DNA of 64,000 nucleotides from Octopus vulgaris (GCA_951406725.2 OX597819.1:96410001-96474000); one strand, 5' to 3'; shown: positions 1 to 11,384, counted from the first letter of the stretch. Translations and numbers: made by a program. The notes: generated by a model not told the origin, from the letters alone.

Positions 1-2841
1 GTCCTCACTGAAACCCATCTTAGTGACCTCCACTTGGAAGCCGAGGTGAAAGTTAAAAATTTCAAAACCATTCGTGCTGATCGTGTTGGCAGAAGAAAGG
101 GTGGGACTGCCATTTATGTCCATGATTCATTCTCAACAGAAGCCATGAACATATTTTCGAATGGATACTGCGAAGCAGTCGCTGTATTCAGTCAAACCAA
201 CAACTTAACAGTAGTTGGGCTCTACAGACCACCCCAAACGCCCCTACCATGCTTCAAGGAATGCCTCAACAGCATAAAGTGTTTCATTCAGCAGTGTCAA
301 CCTGACAACATTTTAATGATGGGAGATTTCAACCTTCCCGGGGTTGACTGGTCTATAAACAGTCTGCCGCCAGGTTCTTCTCTCTCAACCCCTGACAGGG
401 AGGCAGTGGAATCGCTTCTTGACTTCATGGATGACTTCTTCTTGTCCCAACTGGTACTCGAACCAACGAGATGTCACAAAAACGTCTTAGACTTAATTTT
501 CAGCAATCACACTGATACTATCCACAATATTGCAGTGGAGAAAACCCTACTCTCCGACCATGACATGGTTCTCTGTGATCTGAGATTTCACTGGCCAAAA
601 TGCAAAACAAATGTCATCCCTCCTGTTCATCCATTTGACACTATGGATTTCCACAATGCAAACTGGGAAGCGATCAATAATGATCTTGCACAAGTCGATT
701 GGTCCTTCACGCACACATACACACCCACTAACATCAAAAAGTCCTGGCAGTCACTTGTAGACACCATCACGAACATATGTGCAAGACACACCCCATTAAG
801 ATCTGCAAACAAATCTAAGTGTCGAATCCCTAGAAATAGAAAATCTCTCATAAGGAAAATTAAAAGAATCAACAAAAAGATCAACATGCTGAAATACTGT
901 CAACAGCAACACACCAACCTGACTGCCATCTCGTCGCTAGAGATTAAAAAACATAAACTCCAAAACAACATGATGTCTATCATCAATAGTCAGCGAAGAG
1001 CTGAAGAGGCCTGGGCCATTGAGAAGATCAAACTCAATCCCAAAGTGTTCTTTTCATTTGCAAAAAAACACAGAGTCACTGGTTCTACTGTTGGCCCTCT
1101 GATTGATGAAAATGGTATTCTTCAAGACAATGCCAAAACCATGGGAGAAATATTGCAGAAACAATATTGCTCTGTTTTCAGCAATCCTGATATGACTGAT
1201 CTGGGCTGTATCAGTGATGTTACTCCCCAATACACTTTATCGGACATAACATTTGGCGCTGCTGATGTCTTAGCAGCAATAAAGGAAATGAAGCATAATT
1301 CAGCAGTAGGTCCCGATAGGTTCCCTGCTTGTGTCTTGAAGATGTGTCAAAACCAACTTGCACCCCCTCTAGCCAATCTGTGGCGGAACTCATTGGATGC
1401 TGGATATATACCAGAAGACCTTCTATCCCAGTCTGTTGTCCCAGTTTTCAAAAAAGGAAACAAATCGCTTGCCGTGAATTACCGTCCAATCTCACTCACC
1501 TCTCATATCATCAAGGTATTTGAGAGGGTGCTGAGATCGCGTATGACTCACTTCCTTGAGAGTCATAATATGCTGAACCCCAACCAGCATGGATTCCGTA
1601 ATGGGAGAGATTGCCTGACGCAGCTACTGCATCATTTTGATGACATTTTGAGAGCCTTGGGAGAGGGTTCCAACACTGATGTCATCTACCTTGATTTCAG
1701 CAAGGCCTTTGACAGGGTTGATCATAAGATCCTTCTGAGAAAGCTGTCCAATATTGGTGTCACTGGAAAGCTGCTGCAATGGATCAAGTGCTTCCTCTCT
1801 AACAGAACCCAACATGTTGTAGTCGAAGGAGTCAAATCCAGCCCAGCCAAAGTCAGCAGTGGTGTCCCACAAGGCACTGTGTTGGGCCCACTTCTCTTCA
1901 TCATCTACATAAATGATATTACTGACACCATCAAACACAGCAACATCAGAACCTTCGCTGATGATTCCAAGCTCCAGAAGGTCATCAATGGCGTGGATGA
2001 CCGAATAAACCTTCAGTCAGACCTACTAGCTGTTGTCCAATGGGCGGAAAAGAATAACATGTTGCTAAATGAAGACAAATTCGAACTGATCCACTTTGGA
2101 AGGGAGGACGCTCTGAAACTCCCATACTCTCTTCCTTCTGGAGAAATTCTCATGGCATCCAACAACATCAGAGACCTGGGAGTAACAGTGGACAACAACA
2201 TAAGCTGGGCTACACATATAAGCAGCAAAGTTGACATGGCCCGCAGAATGTGTTCCTGGATTCTCAGAACCTTCCAGTCGAGAGATTCCCACAATATTAT
2301 CCTTCTCTTCTCCACTTTTGCCCGACCCCACCTTGAATACTGCTGTCCACTGTGGTCTCCCTACACAAAACAAAATATTATGAGAATTGAAGCTCCCCAA
2401 AGGTCAATCACAAAAAAGATAGATGGCATGTCAGACCTTGACTACTGGGGTAGACTAGAGAAGCTGAAATTGTATTCACTCCAACGACGCCGTGAACGCT
2501 ACATTATCTGTATGATGTGGAAAATATTCCATCAGCACTGTCCGAATGATGTTGGCATCACCTTCAAAATGCATCCAAGGCTTGGACCACGTGCCATCCG
2601 TCCACAACAAAAATCTAAATCGCATCACATAACGACAATACGGCACAACTATTTCACCTCAATTGGACCCGCTCTCTTCAACATTACACCAGGACACGTC
2701 AAAAAAGAAACTGACCACACAAAATTCAAGAAGTCTTTGGACAAATTCCTTCAAACAGTACCGGACAAACCATCCACACCCGGATATGTCTCCGCAAACA
2801 ATAACTCTCTGCTCGAATGGGCCTTGGTGCCCAAATCCTGA
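1..2841 (+). CDS. Non-LTR retrotransposon (CR1/L2-group LINE) ORF2: APE endonuclease + reverse transcriptase; 5' end lies upstream of the window
   Basis: Frame is open from base 1 (VLTETHL...) to TGA at 2839-2841. EN motifs: LTETHL, GGTAIYV, GLYRPP, MGDFNLP, NVLDLIF, LSDHD. RT motifs: YRPISLTS, QHGFR, DFSKAFD, GVPQGTVLGP, FADD. C-terminus is CR1-like (RPHLEYCCPLWSP, LYSLQRRRER). Confidence 0.95.
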   Translation, partial: VLTETHLSDLHLEAEVKVKNFKTIRADRVGRRKGGTAIYVHDSFSTEAMNIFSNGYCEAVAVFSQTNNLTVVGLYRPPQTPLPCFKECLNSIKCFIQQCQPDNILMMGDFNLPGVDWSINSLPPGSSLSTPDREAVESLLDFMDDFFLSQLVLEPTRCHKNVLDLIFSNHTDTIHNIAVEKTLLSDHDMVLCDLRFHWPKCKTNVIPPVHPFDTMDFHNANWEAINNDLAQVDWSFTHTYTPTNIKKSWQSLVDTITNICARHTPLRSANKSKCRIPRNRKSLIRKIKRINKKINMLKYCQQQHTNLTAISSLEIKKHKLQNNMMSIINSQRRAEEAWAIEKIKLNPKVFFSFAKKHRVTGSTVGPLIDENGILQDNAKTMGEILQKQYCSVFSNPDMTDLGCISDVTPQYTLSDITFGAADVLAAIKEMKHNSAVGPDRFPACVLKMCQNQLAPPLANLWRNSLDAGYIPEDLLSQSVVPVFKKGNKSLAVNYRPISLTSHIIKVFERVLRSRMTHFLESHNMLNPNQHGFRNGRDCLTQLLHHFDDILRALGEGSNTDVIYLDFSKAFDRVDHKILLRKLSNIGVTGKLLQWIKCFLSNRTQHVVVEGVKSSPAKVSSGVPQGTVLGPLLFIIYINDITDTIKHSNIRTFADDSKLQKVINGVDDRINLQSDLLAVVQWAEKNNMLLNEDKFELIHFGREDALKLPYSLPSGEILMASNNIRDLGVTVDNNISWATHISSKVDMARRMCSWILRTFQSRDSHNIILLFSTFARPHLEYCCPLWSPYTKQNIMRIEAPQRSITKKIDGMSDLDYWGRLEKLKLYSLQRRRERYIICMMWKIFHQHCPNDVGITFKMHPRLGPRAIRPQQKSKSHHITTIRHNYFTSIGPALFNITPGHVKKETDHTKFKKSLDKFLQTVPDKPSTPGYVSANNNSLLEWALVPKS

Positions 2842-2945
2842 ACTGAAAGACTTCGCCAGGTGGTGCTATTAAGTTAGACATGGCCTGGGCCAATACTGGC
2901 CAAAAACCTTTCTAAGTTACATACATAAATACATACATACATACA
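2842..2945 (+). mobile_element. LINE 3' UTR with terminal hairpin and (TACA)n tail
   Basis: CATGGCC at 2879-2885, stem GGCCA-atac-TGGCC at 2888-2901, then AAAAACC, running into ACAT repeats. Confidence 0.75.
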
Positions 2946-3904
2946 CGTATATATATAAACAGACACACACATATATGTGTGTATGTGTGTATGTGTGTGC
3001 GTGCGCGCGTGTGTGTGTATGTGTGCGCGTGCGCGCGTGTGTGTGTGTATGTGTGTGTGTATGTATTCCTGTATGAATATAGTAGATTTATTATTTATAC
3101 ATGAACCAAATGAACTCTCAGCAAACGGTAGTTTTTCTCTCGTTTCTTTCTTCCTCTCTATCTTCTCTCACTCGAACTCCCTCCCCCCTCTCAGTCTCCA
3201 CCCCTCCTCTTTTAATCGCAACATCTCTGCCATCTTCATTACTCTATCTACCGACAGAGAACAAACTAAAGTGTTGATTGAATCAATAGAATGTCACCTG
3301 CAGCTAGAATTCTTGTGAAAACATCAACAAAAATAACACTAAACCGAAAGAAAAATCTACACAAGATGATATAAGACCAAACTTACATCAATATTTCTGA
3401 CTGTTTCCCAATTATTCGGTTTCTTTTAAGCTAAGACCTTTACATTTGTTATTACAATATCTCACCAATTCTCACAGAGATCATATCTCACTGGGTTTCC
3501 TTTGCCTCATATTCAAATTGTTATGAAGAGAATTTATCTTATATCCTGGTAGAATTTTGATATTGATATTTAACTAAAGAGTATACAGGTATATCAAATA
3601 TCGTACAACATAAATTGTTGTTTTATTAAAATTATCTCCGCTTTTAGTAGATGTAACCTAATTACCAAATGGTAATTAAGATCTGTTCCATTTGAGAAGG
3701 GCAGACAACTTCAAGCTTCAAGAATTCTGCAAAGTTGACCCTAGGCACCCTGGACATTTTTATTTAAATTATGTAAATTACCCTGGCTATGACTATGTTC
3801 TGCTTTTTTGTTTGTATAAGTTTAAGTCCCTTGGCTACTGGAGATAAGGTCGGGCAACTGACATGCTGATAACAGTTCAGAAACACGTGTCCACAACTGT
3901 CCTC

Positions 3905-4760
3905 TTACCTGCAGACAATTAGCATGTCCTTTTCCTTAATACCATGTCAAATTTTTGGAAATTCTTAATTCTTGAAGTTATCCCTACCTTCTCAAGTGGA
4001 GCTAGTCTTGCCATCGCACGCAAGATACTCGCTAGTGTCTTTATTAACCGCTTCACTCATCACTTGGAAACGGCATCAATCAGAGAGTCAATGCAGCTTC
4101 AGAGAGGGCTGTGGGACAGTCGACATGATCTTTGCAGCACGCCAGCTTCAAGAAGAGTGTCAAGAACAAAACAGGGATCTATACACGACGTTTATATACT
4201 TAGCAAAGGCCTTTGAACCGTCAGTCATGAGTGGGGTTTGGAAGATCATGGGAAAATTCGATTGCCCAGACAAATTGACCAGCATGGTGCGTTAGCTTTA
4301 CTGCAGTATGCTCGCTTGGGTACTGGACAGTGGAGATTCTTCCGTTCATTCTCAATTACTAACGGGATCAAGAAGGGCTGTGTACTCGCACCTACGCTGT
4401 TCAGAATGTTCTCAGACAGCATCAACATCAGATCAGGACTGTTGCAGAATCTTTAACCTGCAGAGACTACAGGCAAAGACCACGGTAAAAGCGGACTCAT
4501 TGCGTGACTTTCTGTTCGCAGAGGCTCAGATGCAACAGAGCATGAATTGTTTTTCTACTGCTTGCAACATCTTTGTCGTTACAATCAGTACTCAGAAGAG
4601 TCATGCACCAACCTACCCCGCAAAGGCAGTATGTGAAACCAGCTATCACCGTCGAAGGAGACACCCTGAAGGTTGTTGATAAATATAATTACCTCTGCAA
4701 CACACTCCATATCTGTGAACATTGATGTCAAAACCTACATACGCATCGCAAGTATATGCA
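3905..4760 (+). pseudogene. Decayed RTE-clade (BovB-like) LINE reverse transcriptase fragment
   Basis: Frameshifted peptides ARKILASVFINR, ESQCSFREGCGTVDMIFAARQLQEECQEQNRDLYTTFIYLAKAF, WKIMGKFDCPDK, NGIKKGCVLAPTLF, IFNLQRLQAKT and RDFLFA match RTE RT motifs. Confidence 0.85.
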
Positions 4761-4800
4761 TGAGGAGACATATATGAAATAAAACATACAAATCAGCACG

Positions 4801-5158
4801 TATACATACATAATACATACATACATACATACATACATACATACATACATACATACATACATACATGCATAATACATACATACATACATACATACATACA
4901 TACATACATACATACATACATACATACATACATACATACATACAAAAATACCCTGTTGATTTTGTTGAAATTCCAATGAAGGAGACTTGGATCTAGGTTA
5001 GAAATCGGCTCTTTCTCCATTGGAAAGAAATCTTGAAATAAAACTGAATAATGACATACATACATATGTATACCGACTGGTAAGATCGGCCTTAATAGAC
5101 ATACAATATTGTAGACTTCAAATAGTGACATACATACATACATACATACATACATACA

Positions 5159-5192
<34 letters not shown>

Positions 5193-5235
5193 CATACATA
5201 CATACATACATACAAACATACTTGCATACATGCAT
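4801..5235. repeat. (TACA)n tetranucleotide microsatellites
   Basis: Long ACAT runs at about 4812-4943 and 5128-5213. Confidence 0.95.
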
Positions 5236-5256
5236 ATGAGAGAAAGAGAAAGAAAG

Positions 5257-5733
5257 TGGAATTCACGAGATACTTTATTAATCAGTACGATCGTTTCGAC
5301 CCATCGTGCATCAGTTGAGATGCTATACAAATGGATGACTTACTTGGTACAGACGTGTCTCGTCAGGTGACTTGTTAAAAGGATCCTCGATTTTTAATTT
5401 CCTTGTCGCTTGTTTCGATTAGTTTACATTTTGATAGTTGTCTGTAGCAACTCACATACACAAGAATCTTGAATTGAATTCAGTTTTAAACTTGAGTTTT
5501 AACTCAAGATACTTGTGTATGTGAGTAGCTACAGACAACTACCAAAATGTAATCTAATCGAAATAAGCGAAACTGAAATTAAAGAACAAGTTGCCTTTTA
5601 ACAAATCACCTGACGAGACACATCGGCACCGAATTATACACTAAAACTAATTTGTACAGTATCTCACCCGCGAGGGACTGATGCAAGACGGGTCGAAGCG
5701 ATTGTAGTTTTATAAAGAATCTCGTGAATTCCA
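5257..5733. mobile_element. Long inverted-repeat (palindromic) element with one hammerhead-like motif per arm
   Basis: TGGAATTCACGAGA...TCTCGTGAATTCCA termini. Arms of about 220 bp are complementary up to a centre near 5480-5500. Hammerhead cores at 5280-5372 (-) and 5604-5710 (+). Confidence 0.8.
5280..5372 (-). ncRNA. Type I hammerhead ribozyme-like motif
   Basis: Minus strand reads AGTCA-C-CTGACGA-GAC...GTC-GAAA-C-GATC-G-TA-C-TGATT. Core is intact, triplet is GUA, stem III is palindromic, and there is a C.C mismatch at the base of stem I. Confidence 0.65.
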
Positions 5734-6034
5734 TATGGTATAAACTCTACGCACAGGAAGAAATTACTGAATTAAATCCAGTGGCATTTTAATCCATACT
5801 GTCCATGAATACAGTGAACAGGCTTTAAACGGCATACTACAAGGTGTATACTTAAATTTAAAATTATAACTCACACACACACACACACACACACACGCAC
5901 GCACTCACACACACGCGCGCGCGCACGCACACAAATATATATAATAAAAGTCCAAGGGATGTTAACAGTTAATAGTATTAGGTTGACACTCAAATATGTA
6001 AAAAGAAGTTAAAGAGTGAAAGTCACAGAGTAAA

Positions 6035-6072
6035 AGCATAACGTTTCGGAGAGAAGCCTTCGTCAAGATGCT
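6035..6072 (-). ncRNA. Minimal hammerhead-like motif (Penelope-type), degenerate
   Basis: Minus strand reads AGCAT-CTTGACGA-AGG...CC-GAAA-CG-TT-ATGCT. Flanks resemble the fragments at 36300-36495 and 59425-59580. Confidence 0.5.
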
Positions 6073-6134
6073 CGAAGAAGGTCCAGGGAGAGACAAAGAA
6101 GAGAGGAAAGGAGATAAGTGCAATATCGTTAAAG

Positions 6135-6500
6135 AGTAAACCTAATTACTTAATTGCAATAAATACTTAACTGTATTAATACAACTACTGTACAGCTGTA
6201 ACTACACTATAGATTTAATTACAATATAGATTTATGTAGGGTTACTACTCTATAGATTTAGCTATCCTAATTAATTAACTACAATAGAGACTTAAATTGC
6301 AGTAAAACTTTAAATACATTACACATCAGACAACAGTACAAACATAACTATAGTACAAGCTTAATTACAGTACAGTCGTTATCCCACTACAGACCTAATT
6401 TCTATACAGGGTAAAACTATTGTAGAGTCTATTGCAAAATGTATTACTAAAGGCCTTTACAGTTCATATTTGACTACGTTCACGATTTGGCTACAGTTCC
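6135..6500. repeat. Degenerate ~21-bp minisatellite
   Basis: Recurring (c/t)taattactacaata(c/t)ag-like units. Confidence 0.6.
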
Positions 6501-7304
6501 GACCGCTAACTATGGTAAATGCGTTTAGATAGGAAAAAAAATGGTTTATATCCTACGTCGAATGTCAACCAATTTCACATCATGTCCAACAGAGCTTAAT
6601 TATCGCAGCTGTTTGTCTTTGTAGCAACTTTAATAAAACAACTAAAACAATTTCTTTGTGTTCTATAAAATAGTTTAGAAGTGAAAAATAAATCAAAAGC
6701 AAACATTTCTGAAAAATGAACAGAACGAAAACATAAAAGAAAACTCATTTCATTATTAAAATAAAAATTATATTAAAGATAGAAACAAGCCATTGTTACT
6801 AATAACCAGTCTTAATTGGTGTAGTTATGAAAATGGCTCAGCAAAAAGTGTGTGATAAATGTCCTATATGGACAGGGTAAAATTGCTTTTCTTTATTTTA
6901 TAGGAATCCATTAATACACACATACACACGCATACGCACATGTGTACACTTACACACGCATACTCACATACTCACACACATGCGCACACACACACGCATA
7001 CATTATGTACTTACATACATAGCGCACCTATACACACGTTTTCATGGGGACTGTAATCCACCAGTCCTCATATTTTATATTCCAAGATGAACTCAAGTTG
7101 ACGTTGCTTCTTGAAGATAAACCATTAATTTCAAGACTTTTCAAGAAGCTTCATTTCTTCATTTTCTTCTGAATTGCCAGTTTAGCAGAAAAAAAGAAAA
7201 AAAACCCCCCAAAACTTAGCAATTATTTTTCTCATCTCTCGGATACTTAACAAGTTTAATTACTCTTAACAGTCTGTTTAAAATGTGATTTTATTTTACG
7301 AGAA

Positions 7305-7368
<64 letters not shown>

Positions 7369-8746
7369 CAGAAGGAGAGAAAGAATGAGAATGAAAGAAA
7401 TTCTTTGGTGTTGAAATACAGTTTTCCGTACTGTAATCTGTATTTCGTAAATTTCTGTCAGTTATAATAACCAATTGATATTCCACTTCTCAAAAGTAGC
7501 GAAATATACTTCTACTTATTCGCGAAAGCCGTGTATATACTATCGGTGAGTGTTCACTAAAATATTAGAGATTTTCAGTTACACACGTCGTATGTCTTAC
7601 ATCAAAGATTGCAAGAAGCTGAAGTGGTCACAAAATTGATGCTGAGGTTGCAAACAATATCTTAGGAATGTTTAACAAATATTTTAAAACATCTTAAATA
7701 AAAAATTTCAAAAAAAATTGTAAAGTCTTTAAAGTTAATAGCATCGAAGTTTCTGTGCTTGGAATAAGTGTCTCATTGCAATTTTTATTTCACGTTTTTT
7801 TTTTAAAAATAAACAAATAAACAGAAAAACACGAATTAAAAGCTAGAAAGAAACATTGTTGAAAAAATTATTGATTTAAAATAAGTATATATATACATTA
7901 TACAGTATCTGTTGGATATATTTTAAATGTAATTTTATATAGAAGAAATTCAGACACTGATATAGATGAAAAAGTAATTTTACAAGTGATCAATAAGTAA
8001 AATGATTTTATTTTATTTTCAAACACCAAGAAAACTCAAAAGTTTTTCAAGAAGATAGATATCCAGTCAGTCTGTTGAGCAAAAGATAAAAATAATATAT
8101 TCAGATTATCTTTTACTTATTTCAGCCACTGGACTGCAGTCATGCTGGGGTATAGTTGTAAACAATCAACCGCAGTACTTCTTCATTTTAAAGTCTCGTA
8201 CTTATTCTATCAAGTTATTTTGCCAAACAGTCAGGTTACGGAGTCGTAAACAAACACCAGTTGTCAAGTGGCAGAGGGAACAAAAACAAAAACAAACACA
8301 CACTCACATGTATGTGTTACCACCCGTGCAACATCTATATTCCTTCCCATGACTGTCATCTTCTATGTCCCTGCTATAAGGCTTCACTCCCACACACGCC
8401 AGTTTAATTTAATACGTCCTTAGTCGAAAGACACCTGTTGTTAATGTCCTGTTGTTTGCATTTGTATTTGTGTACCATTTCTCCGTTTTTTTTCGTCCTT
8501 GTTTTCGTATACATTCGCTGCTTTCTTCCAAGGAATCTAGTACTCTTAGCTTAAATTTTTCTTAGGGTTGGCCAGATTGGAGCAGTCTCGAGTATAACCA
8601 GCCGAAACTGCTGAAAAGATCCGGAACTCGACTGAAAGAAAACTGCGAATGACCCGTCTTTGTTTTTTTCTTGTCCCTTTTTGTATCGTCTTACTGTCTG
8701 GATATTTTGTTGTCGCCTGTTGCGTTCTTGTTCCATTTTTTGTATT

Positions 8747-8839
<93 letters not shown>

Positions 8840-8998
8840 TTGAAGGGCAAAACCACTAGGTGGTCGGCCGTATGCTAGAAGTAGATCACCTACGATCAAA
8901 CTACAAAGAAAGGAATGTTCTCTAGAAGAAAATTCAGCGGTCACCAGAACGAAATGCGGGCAAGACAGATGAAAATTAAATAAAAAACCAGAATTACT

Positions 8999-9071
8999 CA
9001 CAGACCGGCGGTTTCGCCTATTAACGAATGAATCACTTATGTAATCCATTGTCCGTAGGCTCGTGAGTGTG
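8999..9071 (-). ncRNA. Type I hammerhead-like motif with a core mutation
   Basis: Minus strand reads CACA-CTCACGA-GCCTA...TAGGC-GAAA-CC-GCC-GG-TC-TGTG. All three stems form and the triplet is GUC, but the core has CUC instead of CUG. Confidence 0.65.
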
Positions 9072-9105
9072 GTCGTTCCATAGGTAATGCAATTTGTAAA
9101 GGTAA

Positions 9106-9136
<31 letters not shown>

Positions 9137-9266
9137 CTCTATTTAAAAGCAGCTGAAATATAACAAAAGCTGTTACTCATGCTTTTAAATAATGCATATT
9201 ACTCTACCTCTGATGTTTGAGTACTCTTTTTTTCCACCTTATGCTTCCATATTTATGTGCTTACTC

Positions 9267-9323
<57 letters not shown>

Positions 9324-9805
9324 AAGAATTAACTGTCCAATGTGAAATAAAAACTTTGTAGGTAATATTTTATACTAAATTTATAATTATATAGATAATT
9401 ATATTAAAGGGTGCGTATTTATCACACACCTCCACGCTAAAGATAGATGCCAAATGGTTCTAAAAATCACCTCACTACTCCGTTAGCACGGGTTGTAATC
9501 GCGCAGATATAACAAAAATAAGACCCTTAAATTAGTAGTTTATCGAACGATTTCAAACTTACTGTCATGAAAACACGTTGATTTCTTCAGTACAATATGT
9601 CAAAGCATATACACACAAATATCTATACATACCCTGACGAGCATAGTAATCACACGACCATATACATACATTTGTCCATATATACTAGTAAGACCCTGTT
9701 TATCTTTTCATCTCAACCACGGGTATTTTTTTATATCAAAATAACCTCGCAGCGAATGAAATTTGATCAGGAGCAAAAATATTTATTTTTTCTTTATACA
9801 CAACA

Positions 9806-10442
9806 CTAGCAGTATCGCCCGGCGTTGCTCGGGTTTGTAAGGGAAATAACTATATAAGCATTTTTAGAGAGTTATAGCCAAAAAATAGCAAAAAATGCAT
9901 TAAAAATGGAAAAAATATGATGGTAAATTTTTTTTTAAATCGTTGACTCATCGTAGACATTTTTAGAGAGTTACTTCCCTTATATAATAGCGAAAAAATG
10001 CATTAAAATGGGAAAAAAACGATGGTAAATTTTTTTTTAAATCGTAGACTCATGTAGACGCTTTCTTAGCCATTTCTGTTTTGGTGTCTTCAAGCCATGA
10101 AGTCGTTGTTCTAAAAGAACACTGGTCTCCTTGACAACGCATTACGACGTTGATTTCCTTACACTCCCTTCCCCACAGGTGCAGGTGTGAGCGTGGACGC
10201 CAACTCCGCCGCCATCGACACACGAAAAATTATGCATTAAAATGGAATAAAAAATGATGTTAAATTATTTTTAAAATCGTAGACTCATCGTAGACGCGCG
10301 CTAATATTCAGACGGGCTCGATATGAATCACGACTATAAGCTACCCGAATTTGGTTAAACTGTACCGCAAAATGTGGGAGTAGTTAGGAATCTAAATCGA
10401 AGGGGACAGACACTCACACAACTACAGTTTTATATATATAGA
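9806..10442 (-). mobile_element. Non-autonomous Helitron
   Basis: Minus strand starts TC(tatatatataaaac), ends with hairpin CCCGAGCAACGCCGGG followed by CTAG, and sits between A and T with no TSD. Confidence 0.8.
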
Positions 10443-10454
10443 TATACATAGCGC

Positions 10455-10820
10455 AGTAGTGGTGAGATATGACAGCAAAGAAAAGCATACATTCACTCTC
10501 TGCATGCAATTAGACTCGGAAAGTTCATGAGGAACCCATTGACCCAATTTGCTGACTTTTCCGATAGCACACAGGTGTCAATGAATGGTTGAATGACCAA
10601 ATCCAAGCTTCTCTGCTAGTTCCTCAACAGTTACGATGATATTTTGTTCCACCAGGGTTTTCAGGATGTCCTTGTCGAGTTCTACAGATCTTTCCGGATG
10701 AGGCTCGTCTTCTAGGCTGTAGTTTATGGCTCGGGATTTCTGGAACCACCATTGACACTGCCTTACGCTTATTGTCCAATCCCCATATACTGCATTAATA
10801 TTTCTTGTACTTTGCACACA
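10455..10820 (-). pseudogene. Mariner-family transposase N-terminal fragment
   Basis: Translation RNINAVYGDWTISVRQCQWWFQK...SLEDEPHPERSVELDKDILKTLVEQN...ELAEKLGFGHSTIH*HLCAIGKVSKLGQWVPHEL includes the mariner WVPHEL motif and an internal stop. Confidence 0.88.
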
Positions 10821-11128
10821 TTTATATTCTGTTATTCTTTTATATGTTTCAGCCTTGAGGTTGTGGCCATGCTGGATCATGTGTGTGTGTGTGTGTGTCT
10901 ATCTGTCTGTCTGTCTGTATGTATATATGTATATGTATGTGTGTGAACAATAATATTTTCAACAGATGTGTTGCAAATGTATCTGATTGTTCTCAAGCTT
11001 CAATACTGTGTGTGTGTGTATGTGTGTGTGTGTATGTATGTATGTATATGTATGTATGTATGTATATGTATGTATGTATGTATGTGTGTATGTATGTATG
11101 TGTGTGTGTATGTATGTGTGTGTGTATG

Positions 11129-11167
<39 letters not shown>

Positions 11168-11384
11168 ATGTATGTATGTATGTATGAGTGTATGTTTACT
11201 TTATTACTAATTACTCTCTTCCAAGAACATTTTCACTCACTCTTAGCTCTTAGCTTCCCATACATTTTACTCATATATCTATCAGCGTCATAGACAGAAT
11301 ACTTTCACTTTAGTCTTCCTCAAATCCCTCTGTCGCTATTTACTTTCATTTTATTCGTTGCCCACTGTGTGTGTGCGTTTGCGT

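Noticed and set aside
627-2400. Minus-strand ORFs overlapping the LINE
   Set aside because: They are antisense shadows of the ORF2 reading frame.
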